Origin: an uncultured Porphyromonas sp.
GTDB lineage: Bacteria > Bacteroidota > Bacteroidia > Bacteroidales > Porphyromonadaceae
Assembly (NCBI RefSeq): GCF_900541275.1
Contig: NZ_UQJH01000003.1
Location: 47,955-111,954, forward strand
Length of the DNA: 64,000 nt
Direction of reading: 5' to 3'
Below are positions 50,089 through 60,259 of the stretch, piece after piece. The number at the start of each line of letters is the position of its first letter. Positions within the stretch are counted from its first letter, which is position 1. A program made the translations under genes and the position numbers. A model generated the notes under the pieces. It ran no database searches. It worked only from the letters and a program-made list of their open reading frames with translations, and had not been told where the DNA came from.

Positions 50089-52107
50089 TTACTTCTTGTA
50101 CGCAGCCCACCAAAGTGGTGTGCCCACCTCATCAGGACCACCAAGCACGGAAAGGGCATCAGCGTAGTCCTTCGGAGAGTTATTCTTCAGCGAAGATGGG
50201 AATATGAGGCGCTGCGGGAAGAACTCCCATCGGCTCTCCTTACAATTCTCCTTCGTCAGAGCCGGCAGGTTGGTAATTGTCTTCTCGACCATTGGATTCT
50301 CAAAGAACGGCAGACCAAGTCTCCGCTGGTCAGACCACGCCTCGAGAGGAAGCCACGGCACCTGGGCGATGTATTTCTGAGTGATGATCTTTGTCAGGTG
50401 GTCGTTGCTCACGGTCCCATCCTTGTAGAGCCCGTTACTCGGGTAGTGGTACTCATAGCTCTCCTCCTTACCGGTGAGACCATTAAGATAGCGCTTGGTG
50501 ACCGGCTGCGGCTCAGCTGTGTGATCCCATGCCACAGAGGTCCCCACTCTATTGTAGGACTGTGAGGCGAGGTATTGATCCAGGTACTTGGAGATGCCCG
50601 CATCGGGGAAGCACTTGTCGAAGTAGCCAAAGCTCTCCCGGATACCTCTCTCATAGGCCTCCTTGCCGTTCATCGGCACCTGCCATCCGCGTACTGCAGC
50701 TTCAGCGATGAGGAAGTAGCTCTCCCAGGGTCCGTAGAAGACACGTCTCATGGAGCTATTGCGGAAGTCAAGCACAAGGGTAGGCGTGTTGCCACGGAAG
50801 AATGCCACCTTATTCAGAGCACCCTTATCGCCCCAGTCTCCGGCAACGGGAGCATTCCAGGTAAAGGCGGAGTTGATCACCGCAACGGTGTCAGGCTTAG
50901 AGCTTCCCTCGACCTTCTTCTCGAGTGCTCTCCGGGTGACGGAGGCCACATTGCTCCAGCTTGGATACTTGCAGAAGTGGGGATTATTGAGATCACCGGG
51001 GATGCCGTATGCCACGTATGCCCTCGGATCCATCGTGTTATTGAACCCATCGTTCCAAAATCCAGCAGAGGGATCGTTGGTCATCGTAGGGAAGTGATCC
51101 GGCCAGCGTACTCCCATCCAGTCGGGAGCATTAAACTTCACCTTGATCGGCTCGGGAGGCGTGACGCCTCCTTTCTTCTGCTCCGCCTCATTGAGGATCG
51201 GTACGGCTGAGCGGACATAAGCTCCGATCTGCTCCTCGGAGGTGATACCCCCCAGACCGGTGTACAGGTTATTGAGGGTGGCAGAGAGATACTGCGAATT
51301 CCACTCACGAGTCATCACTCCGGTGAGGGCATCCCATCCGGGACGCTCCTGAACAGAGAAGATCTCATCAAGGGAGGAGATATACCCCTCTTTGACCGCT
51401 GCCTCAAAGTGCTTACGTGCCAACTCCGGATCAGCATTGACGACACGCATGGCGAGACGCATCCGGAGAGAGTTACCATACTTCTTCCACTTGGCAAAGT
51501 CGTACCCGTATGCCGGGTCCAGCTTGGAAGTGGCTTCGGGGACAGCCGGCGACAGAGCCAGGTCCCTCGTGGACTCCTCGATCTCCTTGAGGAGGAAGTT
51601 GTACACCTCCTCCACGGTATTAAACGTCACCTCCTCTCCCTGAAATCCATTGAGCGGCATGGGACCAAAGTTGTCTGCAAACTCACTCATAAGGTAGACA
51701 CGCCAGATACGAGCCACCTCGTAGAGATTCTTGCTGTAAGGCTGCAGCGATCCCTCGGCCTCCTTTTGCTGGTACAGGGAAATGGCCTCATTGATGGAGC
51801 TCAGCCAACTGGTGACGTATCCGAAGTAATTATCGGTCCATCCATCGTCGGTGTAATACTCAGAGAGCGAGCCAATCCTATCCGTATGGGCGGCGTCCTT
51901 CCAATAGAGTACAAAAGACCGCTCGGCCACCTCGGGATTCATCTGAGCAGAGATGATGGAGTTATTGATAAAATACTCGATCTGCACCAAGTCGGTGCCG
52001 GCCTCGTACTGACTCCTATTGATCTCGTCGAAGTCACTACACCCGGAGAGGGTCAGACCGATCGAGAGCCCGGCAGCCAGCGTCAGACCTATAATATTCT
52101 TATTCAT
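50089..52107 (-). CDS. SusD/RagB family nutrient-binding outer membrane lipoprotein
   Basis: Lipoprotein signal (MNKNIIGLTLAAGLSIGLTLSGCS) and a SusD-like TPR-containing fold, immediately downstream of susC. I preferred a start at 52107. Confidence 0.85.
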   Translation of the reverse strand: MNKNIIGLTLAAGLSIGLTLSGCSDFDEINRSQYEAGTDLVQIEYFINNSIISAQMNPEVAERSFVLYWKDAAHTDRIGSLSEYYTDDGWTDNYFGYVTSWLSSINEAISLYQQKEAEGSLQPYSKNLYEVARIWRVYLMSEFADNFGPMPLNGFQGEEVTFNTVEEVYNFLLKEIEESTRDLALSPAVPEATSKLDPAYGYDFAKWKKYGNSLRMRLAMRVVNADPELARKHFEAAVKEGYISSLDEIFSVQERPGWDALTGVMTREWNSQYLSATLNNLYTGLGGITSEEQIGAYVRSAVPILNEAEQKKGGVTPPEPIKVKFNAPDWMGVRWPDHFPTMTNDPSAGFWNDGFNNTMDPRAYVAYGIPGDLNNPHFCKYPSWSNVASVTRRALEKKVEGSSKPDTVAVINSAFTWNAPVAGDWGDKGALNKVAFFRGNTPTLVLDFRNSSMRRVFYGPWESYFLIAEAAVRGWQVPMNGKEAYERGIRESFGYFDKCFPDAGISKYLDQYLASQSYNRVGTSVAWDHTAEPQPVTKRYLNGLTGKEESYEYHYPSNGLYKDGTVSNDHLTKIITQKYIAQVPWLPLEAWSDQRRLGLPFFENPMVEKTITNLPALTKENCKESRWEFFPQRLIFPSSLKNNSPKDYADALSVLGGPDEVGTPLWWAAYKK

Positions 52108-52124
52108 ATCTGTACGCATTGCCA

Positions 52125-55100
52125 TTAGAAGTTGACAGAAAGATTGACGTAGAAGGAGCGTGTCGTCGGAGGAGCCATAGCCTCGAGTCCGACAGCATTG
52201 GAGCCGGTCGCATAGACCGACTCAGGATCGATGCCATTCATCTTGCTGTAGATCATCCAGAGATTATTTGCCGATACACCTATGCGGGCACCCTGGACTG
52301 CCGTATCCTCGATCCAGGAAGCGGGTAAGGTGTAGTCGAGCGAGAGATTACGCAGACGGACATTAGTCGCATCGAAGAGGTTGTCCTCCGTGATGCCGAC
52401 ATTACCCGTAGCTATCTTAGTCCAGTAATCCTGGGTGGTCACCTTGACGTCATTGGGGACGTAGGAGTTGCCCTCCTTGCGGACTCCGTCGTACACAAAG
52501 TCACCACGCTCACCATCCTCACCGAGGGTCAGTGCGGAGCGACCGTTGACTTTGAGGAGGTAGTTGGTAAAGGAGAAGATCTTGCCCCCAAATCGTCCGT
52601 CGATTTGGAAGCTCAGAGATAGATTTTTGTACCTCAGTGTATTAGTCAAGCCCAGGAGGAAGTCCGGCTGCTGATTGCCGAGATAGTACTGTCCCGGAGC
52701 TGCAGTCGGGATACCGTCCTTATTGACGATCACCTTACCATTATAGGGGCTATCGGGATCCTCCACACGGGCAAACTTGCTGCCGTAAATGACACCATAG
52801 CGCTCTCCTGTAGCTGCGAGGACGGAGATATTATCAAAGGCTCCGAGGCTATACTGGCTTACACCCTCGGCGAGCTCCCTCACTGTATTGACATTCTTGG
52901 AGACATTGGCCGTGAGGCTCCAGGTGAAGTCCTCAGTCAACACGGGAGTGGCACCGAGCATCAGCTCAAATCCCTGATTCTCGATATCGCCGGCATTGAT
53001 CTTCCGGTACTTATACCCCTGTAGTCCATTGATCGGGATATTGAGCAGCTGATTGACCGCATTGGACTTATAGTAAGCTAGGTCAAAAGTCAGTCGACTA
53101 TCAAAGAAACGACCCTCGAGACCGACCTCCCAGGAGTTGATCAGCTCATTGCGTACGCTTGGGTCATAGAGTACGTCTTTCTTGGAGGCGATGATATTCC
53201 CATTGGGATCCCGATTGATCCCATAGGTATTGTACAGCTGATAGGGACCCATATCATTACCCACAGAGGCATAGGAGGCCCTCAGCTTTGCAAAGGTGAG
53301 CCAGTCCAGGTCTCCCTCCGCAGCATTGCGTATGAGGTCCGATAGGACGACGGACGAGCTTACCGAGGGGTAGAAGAAGGAGCGATTCTCCTTGCTCAGC
53401 GTGGAGCTCCAGTCGTTACGACCGGTAAGGTCGAGATAGACAAACCCACCGTAATTGACCTGAAAAGTCCCATAGAAGGAGTTGATCTTGTGCTTATTGA
53501 TGTTCTCATCAAGAGCGGGGTTGCTGGTGCTATTATTCACACTGAAGAGATCAGGCACCGCCAGCTCGCCGATCGTCACACCGACGCTTGAGAAGTCTCT
53601 CGACATAAGATTGCCACCAAAGGTCCCATGGAAACCGAAGTCCCCAAGCACCTCGTCCTTACCCGCTGTGAAGAGGAAGCTCAGATTGGTCTCACTGAAG
53701 ACATCCTTATGGACGGAGTAGGAGCCATTGGGCTTGATAGGGCCCTTTGACCACATCTTTTCGTCCCGATTAGTGGTGTACATATCCGCTCCTCCACGAA
53801 GCTCAAGAGACAGCCAGTCGGTAAAGCTATACTTCACGGAGCCATTAAGGAGGAAGCGATCCCTCACGTCATCATTGTTATAGTATCGCGTAGCCCAGTA
53901 AGGATTGAGACCGCTGGAGGGATTGTACCAAATATGGCGACCGTACTCATCCACTGCAGCCGAGAGGGAGGTAATATCCACATTGCCCGGCATAGAGAGC
54001 AGCGTACTGAAGTAATTGTCATTCCTATTACCGCTGATGGGGCGATTATGCACATCAGTGCGGATATACTGTACCTTAGCATCGACGGTCCATGCATCGC
54101 GCTCTCCAAAGGTGGAGACGAAGCGAGTAATCATATTGAGTCGATTCAGCTTAGACTCCGGGGTCATATCTCTATTGTACGCATGAGTGATCGAGGCATA
54201 GACCGAGGAGCCCTTACCGACTGAGCGGGAGAGAGCGATTGAGTTCTGAGTATTGATCCCGGTGCGGAGGAAGGCATCGATGTTGTCGAAGTAGCGCAGG
54301 GGCTCCTTCTTACCATTCCACTGTTCGACCTCTGTGCCGTCCAACTTTGGACCCCAGCTGGAGCCGCTCTCCTTATCAAAGACGCCATACGATCCTTGTC
54401 CGTACAGCTTCTGTACCTTAGGAGTCATAAAGATCGTCTCAAATCCGGTGGAGGAATTGACACTTATCCCGAGGCCCTTCTGTGCCATTCCGGTCTTCGT
54501 GGTGATCAGGATCACGCCATTACCGGCGCGGGAACCGTAGAGGGCGGCGGCGCTGGCACCCTTGAGGACGGACATGGAGGCGATGTCATTGGGATTGAGG
54601 TCGCCAAGTCCATTACCCATATCGAGGGAGGGGTTCCAGAAGTCGTTATTAGAGGCACCGGTGAAGTTATCCATCGGCACTCCGTCGACGACGATGAGTG
54701 GCTGATTGTCGCCGGTCAGTGAGTTATTGCCTCGGAGGACAATCTTGGAGGATCCGGCTATACCGCCACCTCCCTTGACGACCTGCAGTCCCGCCACCTT
54801 ACCTGCGAGAGAGTTGGTGACGTTGGTCTCGCGTCCCTTGAGGAGGTCTTCCCCCTTGACCTCTTGCAGGGCATAGCCGAGAGAGCGCTTCTCACGCTTG
54901 ATGCCGAGAGCGGTCACTACCACCTCACCAAGGAGCTCTGCATCCTCATGCAGCACAATGGTGATCTGCTTGCGACCTGACACCGGCACCTCCTCGGTGC
55001 GCATGCCGATGTACGAGACGATCAGCGTGCCATTGGAGGGCACGGCGGAGAGCTTGAAGTGTCCATCAATGTCAGATGAGGCACCATTCTTGGCATCGCC

Positions 55101-55253
55101 CGACACTTTGATGATGGCACCCATAATAGGCTCACCATCCACATCTGTGATCTGTCCGGTCACGTCTATGGTCTGAGCCCTGAGCCCCACAAGGGAGAGT
55201 AGCATAAGGGCTAAGGTGAGCCACACCTTTCGATTGGTAAGAGTGTGAATCAT
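52125..55253 (-). CDS. SusC/RagA family TonB-linked outer membrane protein
   Basis: A 1042-aa protein with a signal peptide, CarbopepD_reg domain, plug (LQEVKGEDLLKGRETNVTNSLAGKVAGL) and beta-barrel, ending in F. Confidence 0.9.
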   Translation of the reverse strand: MIHTLTNRKVWLTLALMLLSLVGLRAQTIDVTGQITDVDGEPIMGAIIKVSGDAKNGASSDIDGHFKLSAVPSNGTLIVSYIGMRTEEVPVSGRKQITIVLHEDAELLGEVVVTALGIKREKRSLGYALQEVKGEDLLKGRETNVTNSLAGKVAGLQVVKGGGGIAGSSKIVLRGNNSLTGDNQPLIVVDGVPMDNFTGASNNDFWNPSLDMGNGLGDLNPNDIASMSVLKGASAAALYGSRAGNGVILITTKTGMAQKGLGISVNSSTGFETIFMTPKVQKLYGQGSYGVFDKESGSSWGPKLDGTEVEQWNGKKEPLRYFDNIDAFLRTGINTQNSIALSRSVGKGSSVYASITHAYNRDMTPESKLNRLNMITRFVSTFGERDAWTVDAKVQYIRTDVHNRPISGNRNDNYFSTLLSMPGNVDITSLSAAVDEYGRHIWYNPSSGLNPYWATRYYNNDDVRDRFLLNGSVKYSFTDWLSLELRGGADMYTTNRDEKMWSKGPIKPNGSYSVHKDVFSETNLSFLFTAGKDEVLGDFGFHGTFGGNLMSRDFSSVGVTIGELAVPDLFSVNNSTSNPALDENINKHKINSFYGTFQVNYGGFVYLDLTGRNDWSSTLSKENRSFFYPSVSSSVVLSDLIRNAAEGDLDWLTFAKLRASYASVGNDMGPYQLYNTYGINRDPNGNIIASKKDVLYDPSVRNELINSWEVGLEGRFFDSRLTFDLAYYKSNAVNQLLNIPINGLQGYKYRKINAGDIENQGFELMLGATPVLTEDFTWSLTANVSKNVNTVRELAEGVSQYSLGAFDNISVLAATGERYGVIYGSKFARVEDPDSPYNGKVIVNKDGIPTAAPGQYYLGNQQPDFLLGLTNTLRYKNLSLSFQIDGRFGGKIFSFTNYLLKVNGRSALTLGEDGERGDFVYDGVRKEGNSYVPNDVKVTTQDYWTKIATGNVGITEDNLFDATNVRLRNLSLDYTLPASWIEDTAVQGARIGVSANNLWMIYSKMNGIDPESVYATGSNAVGLEAMAPPTTRSFYVNLSVNF

Positions 55254-55327
55254 AAGTTGTAAGTAAAAAGAATGAAATATTATCCGTAGACTTCCTCATC
55301 CAAAAACGAATGGGATACTCTTCTTAG

Positions 55328-55335
55328 CAAAGATA
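55328..55335 (-). promoter_or_regulatory. Candidate -7 box (TATCTTTG, minus strand) for susC
   Basis: The reverse complement of CAAAGATA lies ~75 bp upstream of the susC ATG. Confidence 0.3.
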
Positions 55336-55522
55336 GCTATTTTAGTAATCATAATAGCTGTTGCCCCGACTTAACAGTCGCTACCAAGCTGCCGTCCTTT
55401 CATCATTAGTTAGAGTCTGCCGGAGAGACAGAAAGAGGGAAAAGTGGTACATTAGCGGGCAGAAAGCTTTTGTATACTCGCAGAAGCACCACTTACCACT
55501 CACTTACCACTCACTTAAGACC

Positions 55523-56737
55523 ATGAAGAAATCGCTTATCATTGCGCTCACAGTGGCGCTCCTCACCTCCCTGTCAGCCCTCTCTTACGCCTGTACCACA
55601 GCCGTCTTCTCAGGCAAGTCGACCCTGACCGGTCGCCCGATGCTTTGGAAGGTGCGGGACACCGACTTTTACCACAACTATGTCTCTCGCCATCAGTCCC
55701 CCAAGGGCTGGTGGTACATCGGCATCTCCAACGTCGAGGACAAGAAGGGCGAGCAGATCTGGAGCGGACACAACGAGCGGGGCTTCGGGATCATGAATAG
55801 CGCCTCCTTCAATGTCAATAAGGACGACCCCGCCTCCATTGCCGACCGAGAGGGCTATGTGATGCGCCGAGCGCTGGAGGAGTGCGAGACACTCAAGGAC
55901 TTTGAGCAGCTCCTCGATGCTATGGTCAAGCCGATGGGCCTGGCCGCACACTTTGGCGTCATCGATGCCCACGGCGGGGCTGCGATCTACGAGGTCAATA
56001 ACTACACGTGGACGAAAGAGGATGCCAATACTGCACCCGGGGGATACATCGTCCGCTCCAATTACTCTGAGACCGGTGAGCAGGACCGCGGCCTTGGCTA
56101 CGTGCGTGCCTGCTCAGCGAGAGAGCTGCTCTCCGAGCTGGATGGTCCGGTGACGATCGACTACATCACCAATACTCTCTCCCGCTCCCTCTACAACTCT
56201 CAACTGGGGATCGATTATGGGACCGAGTATCTGAGGCACGATGGCTTCGCCAAGGGCTTCATCCTCACCGATGACCTGATGGCACGCTACGACTCCGCCT
56301 CCGTCACGATCACTGAGGGTGTCTCTCCGGGTGAGGACCCGACCGATGCCACCTCCTGGATACAGGTGGGGCAGCCCTACATCTGCCCGCTGGTGCCGGT
56401 ATGGGCTTGGGCGAAAGTGCCCGCTGAGCTTGCCCTCCCTCAGGAGGAGGACCCAATGGGCACGGTAGCTGAGCTGGTGCTAGAGATCAAGAAGGAGCTC
56501 TTCCCACTCCATACCGTGGAGCAGACTCGCTACCTCTACATCCCGGTGATCATCAATAAGCAGGGCACCGGGCTGATGCAGCGCATACAGTCTCTCGAGC
56601 AGGAGGCACTCCCCGCCATCCGCACCGCCAAGAGCCCGGAGGAGCGCGAGAGGCTCACCGGAGCCTACTTAGAGCGCTGCACCGCCCTACTCCGCTCGAC
56701 ACTCGAGGCAAATCCCGCGCCTAAGACGAGTAGGTAA
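55523..56737 (+). CDS. Secreted Ntn-hydrolase with N-terminal Cys nucleophile (peptidase C69 / choloylglycine-hydrolase superfamily)
   Basis: The signal peptide ends ...LSYA|CTTAVFSGKS, so Cys would be residue 1 after cleavage, followed by a GRPMLWKVRD block. The track ORF starts upstream at 55361. Confidence 0.6.
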   Translation: MKKSLIIALTVALLTSLSALSYACTTAVFSGKSTLTGRPMLWKVRDTDFYHNYVSRHQSPKGWWYIGISNVEDKKGEQIWSGHNERGFGIMNSASFNVNKDDPASIADREGYVMRRALEECETLKDFEQLLDAMVKPMGLAAHFGVIDAHGGAAIYEVNNYTWTKEDANTAPGGYIVRSNYSETGEQDRGLGYVRACSARELLSELDGPVTIDYITNTLSRSLYNSQLGIDYGTEYLRHDGFAKGFILTDDLMARYDSASVTITEGVSPGEDPTDATSWIQVGQPYICPLVPVWAWAKVPAELALPQEEDPMGTVAELVLEIKKELFPLHTVEQTRYLYIPVIINKQGTGLMQRIQSLEQEALPAIRTAKSPEERERLTGAYLERCTALLRSTLEANPAPKTSR

Positions 56738-56907
56738 CGATTCGCTCACAAGTGGAGCAAATGCTTTTGTCAAGGGGCTGGCAAGAGACCTTCAATAGCT
56801 CTTTTTGGGGGCTCAAAGATAGGCAAAACAATAAGCAAGTGGGGCTGTTTACCCAAAGATAAAGAAATCCAGCGCCGAATGCCTATGGTCAGAAAGTTTT
56901 TTATTAC

Positions 56908-56915
56908 TATCTTTG
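56908..56915 (+). promoter_or_regulatory. Candidate -7 box (TATCTTTG) for ROK regulator gene
   Basis: Lies 29 bp upstream of the ATG at 56944. Confidence 0.3.
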
Positions 56916-56943
56916 ACCCGTCAAGGGAAATCTTAAAATTATC

Positions 56944-58200
56944 ATGACGGCAGAAGAATTCAAGAATAGGTTTAACTCCTCAACGAAGAGCCTTCGCTAC
57001 AAGCGGAGGATCATAGAGCACATCATCGACGAAGGACCGGACACCCTCCCCTCACTCTCCAAGAAGCTGGAGCTGAGCGTACCGACGACGAGCAAGTATG
57101 TCAATGAGATGATCGATGGAGGTCTCATGCGTAGCTACGGCAAGCTGGAGACCTCCGGCGGGCGGCATCCTTACCTCTTTGGGCTTGACCCCTCCAATGT
57201 CTACTTCCTCGGGGTGGACTTCACCCAGGGGAAGATGCATATGATGATGATGGACTTCTGCGGCGATCAGGTGCAGGAGGTGATGGACATTCCCTTTAAG
57301 TTTGAGAACACGCCCGAGTGTCTCGATGAGATCTGCCACAGGATCGATCACTACATCGATCACGAGTGTACGGTAAAGCGACAGAATGTCGTCTCCATCG
57401 GGCTCAATCTCTTTGGGCGCATCAATCCTGAGACCGGATGCAGCTATACCTACTTCAATTTCAGCGAGAGACCTCTCGGTGAACTCCTGACGGAGCACTT
57501 CTGCATCCCCGTCTGGGTCGACAACGACTCACGTGCCTGCGCTTACGGAGAGTATATGACCCATATCCGCGAGGAGGGACGAAACATACTCTTCATCAAT
57601 GTCACCTGGGGTCTCGGTCTCGGTATCATCATCGATGGCAAGCCCTACGCCGGCAAATCCGGTTTCAGCGGTGAGCTGGGGCACATCCACGCCTTTGAGA
57701 ACGAAGTGCTGTGCCACTGCGGGAAGAAGGGCTGTCTCGAGACCGAGGCGAGTGGTAGCGCAATGTACCGCAAGTTTCAGGAGCGTATCGCTCAGGGAGA
57801 CACCTCCACGCTCACCGCACCAGATGGCCCCTTCGGCATCACCAATCCCGAGGACGTCACGCTCGACCAGCTGATCGATGCGACCCAGAGGGAGGACATC
57901 CTCTGCATCGACATCCTCGAGGAGATCGGTAATAACCTCGGTATGCACATCGCCGGGCTGATCAACCTCTACAATCCCGACTTCGTCATCATCGGTGGAC
58001 AGCTTGCCAATACGGGAGACTACTTCATGCAGCCCCTCAAGACGGCGATCCGCAAGTACTCGCTCAATATGGTGAGCCAGGACACCAAGCTGCGACGCTC
58101 ACTACTGATGCGCTACGCCGGTGTCGTGGGTGCCTGTATGCTGGCGCGCAAGAAGTCGGTCGAGCACCTCACGGACACGGAGGAGGAAGAGGAGGCTTAA
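56944..58200 (+). CDS. ROK family transcriptional regulator (NagC/XylR-like)
   Basis: N-terminal wHTH, ROK sugar-kinase fold and a zinc motif (CHCGKKGCLE). Confidence 0.8.
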   Translation: MTAEEFKNRFNSSTKSLRYKRRIIEHIIDEGPDTLPSLSKKLELSVPTTSKYVNEMIDGGLMRSYGKLETSGGRHPYLFGLDPSNVYFLGVDFTQGKMHMMMMDFCGDQVQEVMDIPFKFENTPECLDEICHRIDHYIDHECTVKRQNVVSIGLNLFGRINPETGCSYTYFNFSERPLGELLTEHFCIPVWVDNDSRACAYGEYMTHIREEGRNILFINVTWGLGLGIIIDGKPYAGKSGFSGELGHIHAFENEVLCHCGKKGCLETEASGSAMYRKFQERIAQGDTSTLTAPDGPFGITNPEDVTLDQLIDATQREDILCIDILEEIGNNLGMHIAGLINLYNPDFVIIGGQLANTGDYFMQPLKTAIRKYSLNMVSQDTKLRRSLLMRYAGVVGACMLARKKSVEHLTDTEEEEEA

Positions 58201-58256
58201 GTCACCACGCCACCCGCTCAGGGTGGCACATACAGCGAGACCAATAATCTCCGCAC

Positions 58257-58302
58257 GGAGGAGGGAGAGCCACCCAAGCGGGCTCTCCCTCCTCTCTTTT
58301 TA
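58257..58302 (+). terminator. Rho-independent terminator after ROK gene
   Basis: A GGAGGGAGAGCC ... GGCTCTCCCTCC stem followed by TCTCTTTTT. Confidence 0.7.
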
Positions 58303-58338
58303 TCCGATTCACACCTCCGCCGGAGAAGGGGAAAAATA

Positions 58339-58398
58339 CTAATACCGATATTAGTGACGACTAATACCGGTATTAGTGTTTTCTTTTATCGGTATTAG
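58339..58398. repeat. Phased palindrome array D: CTAATACCGATATTAG, CTAATACCGGTATTAG, CTTTTATCGGTATTAG; centres 22 bp apart
   Basis: Read directly from the sequence. Unit centres fall at 58346.5, 58368.5 and 58390.5. Confidence 0.85.
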
Positions 58399-58585
58399 TG
58401 CGAGCTTTACTCAACAGCCGATGAAGCCGGTTTTTCTCACTGAATTTTACGGCTATAGCATCTGAAAACCACTGCCTTACAAGACATGGTACAAAACTTA
58501 TGATGCGGGAGAATCAAGTTGGTGCGGGGGTAGACTTTTAGATATTCTTAGAAAAGGGGTAATTTTACCCTCCAAGAATAAGACT

Positions 58586-59791
58586 ATGAGCAAGCTGACG
58601 CAATACATCGAGCTGACACTGGGAGAGCAGAGCAAGTTTGCCCTCCCGGGGCTGGGGACGTTCCGGATCGATCGTCTGCCGGCGCGCCTCGATAGGGCCA
58701 AGGGACTGATCTATCCTCCGACGAAGCAGGTACGCTTCAATCCCGGCAACGCCGCCGATGACGGCATCCTTCGCCGTCTCTATCTGACCGGAGACGGCAC
58801 TCCTGAGGAGCAGGCACAGATCGCCGGCGAGCGTCTGCGTGCCGACATAGAGGAGATGGTCAAGGTGCTTGAGACAGGTGCCCCTGTGACGATCGGTCAC
58901 TTGGGGATGCTGATCCGCGATCCATGGCAGAGTGGCAAGATCACCTTCCGCAACGATGGGGGCGCCCAAGGATTTGACCTGCCTGCTGTTACGCTGATGC
59001 TGAGGGACGGAGTAGGCACTGAGGGGATGGAGCAGGAGATCCGATCCGCCTCGCGAGAGCCGGTGACCCAGGAGAGCTATCCGGCTGAGCCTGCCGAAGG
59101 ACCCTCAATCGCAGAGGCTCCATTCACGGTCACTTCGCCCGATCCTGATACAGAGGCAAGCTATTCGTCTGAGCCAATCAAGGAGACCTCCATACCGGAG
59201 GCACAGACACTGATGCCCCCGACTGAGCCTAGTCCGGAGCCGGTCGCTGAGCCCCCTTTGATACCCACCCCATCCCATCCGACCAGCGAGACTACCCCGC
59301 AGCACGAGCGACCGAGAGAGAGCAAGAGCAAGGCGCTACAGATCATCATTGGTTGCCTCATAGGGCTGGTGGTCCTTGGCGGGATCATTTTCCTCATCAC
59401 CCGAGGAGGCAAGCCCGCCCAACAGCCTCTGCCTACGCCTGCACCCACGACACAGGAAGCCCCTGTAGTCAAGCCACAAGAGCCTGTTGCCAAGACCGTT
59501 ACGCCGCAGCAAGAGACCTATAAGGGACTCCCGATCTATCGGCAGGGGGTGATCACCCCTCGGCACTACATCATCATCGCCAGCCTGATGACTGACAAGG
59601 AGATGGAGACTTACCTCAAGTCACACAAGATCCTCGAGACCTTCCCCGATGCAGGCATCCTGATGATGCGCAACGGGCAACGGAGGATCTTCTCCCACGT
59701 ACTCAAGGACTCTGACCGTGCACTGGAGCAGATGAGGGAGGTACGGAAGGAGAGGGAGTATAGCCAGTCCTGGATCTATCTTGATAAATAA
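58586..59791 (+). CDS. HU-like DNA-binding domain protein with Pro-rich linker, TM helix and C-terminal SPOR-like domain
   Basis: N-terminal HU-like fold (LPGLGTFRIDRLPARLDRAKGLIYPPTKQVRFNPG), a P/E/T-rich linker, a TM helix (IIIGCLIGLVVLGGIIFLI) and a C-terminal ~80-aa alpha/beta region resembling SPOR. Confidence 0.6.
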   Translation: MSKLTQYIELTLGEQSKFALPGLGTFRIDRLPARLDRAKGLIYPPTKQVRFNPGNAADDGILRRLYLTGDGTPEEQAQIAGERLRADIEEMVKVLETGAPVTIGHLGMLIRDPWQSGKITFRNDGGAQGFDLPAVTLMLRDGVGTEGMEQEIRSASREPVTQESYPAEPAEGPSIAEAPFTVTSPDPDTEASYSSEPIKETSIPEAQTLMPPTEPSPEPVAEPPLIPTPSHPTSETTPQHERPRESKSKALQIIIGCLIGLVVLGGIIFLITRGGKPAQQPLPTPAPTTQEAPVVKPQEPVAKTVTPQQETYKGLPIYRQGVITPRHYIIIASLMTDKEMETYLKSHKILETFPDAGILMMRNGQRRIFSHVLKDSDRALEQMREVRKEREYSQSWIYLDK

Positions 59792-59800
59792 CTACTGCGT

Positions 59801-60190
59801 ATGAATAGGCAAGTATTAGCGACGATCGCCGTGATACTGGGTCTCCTCGGAGCGCTCTATTACATCTACGAGATGGTGACGGGGCCTGCACCATGGCACG
59901 ACCACGTGTATATGGTGGCACTCTTTGCACTGATCTCCGTATTCAGCTATCCCAACGCCTGCTATGGTTCCTTCAACGAGGTTCACTCCGTCTACCTGCT
60001 TGACCGGGCGTGGCGCGAAGCAGCAGCCGGCTACATCGTCATCGGGGTGCTATTAGTGGTGAGTCTCATCCTCCACTGCACCCAGTCACTCGACTACCTC
60101 CGTCAGGAGCTGGGCTCGCTCATCGTCCTCGCCGCCTTTGCCGGCAGCACCTACTACCGCTACCGCAAGCAGCGCAAGCGCCTTCGGTAG
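59801..60190 (+). CDS. Small hypothetical membrane protein (3-4 TM)
   Basis: Hydrophobic helices and a basic C-terminus (YRYRKQRKRLR). Confidence 0.45.
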   Translation: MNRQVLATIAVILGLLGALYYIYEMVTGPAPWHDHVYMVALFALISVFSYPNACYGSFNEVHSVYLLDRAWREAAAGYIVIGVLLVVSLILHCTQSLDYLRQELGSLIVLAAFAGSTYYRYRKQRKRLR

Positions 60191-60204
60191 GTTGTTAAAA
60201 AAAA

Positions 60205-60249
60205 GAGAGCCCCCCGCAAGTCTCGTACTTGCGGGGGGCTCTCTTTGTA
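60205..60249. terminator. Bidirectional rho-independent terminator between convergent genes
   Basis: An A8 run, then a 16-bp stem (AGAGAGCCCCCCGCAAG / CTTGCGGGGGGCTCTC), then a T-rich tail. Confidence 0.8.
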
Positions 60250-60259
60250 TCCTCTAAGA

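Noticed and set aside
55490-55520. Short direct repeat CACTTACCACT-CACTTACCACT-CACTTAAGACC just upstream of the Ntn-hydrolase start.
   Set aside because: There are only 2.5 copies of 11 bp, probably slippage or low complexity in a promoter/RBS region. I could not assign any regulatory meaning.
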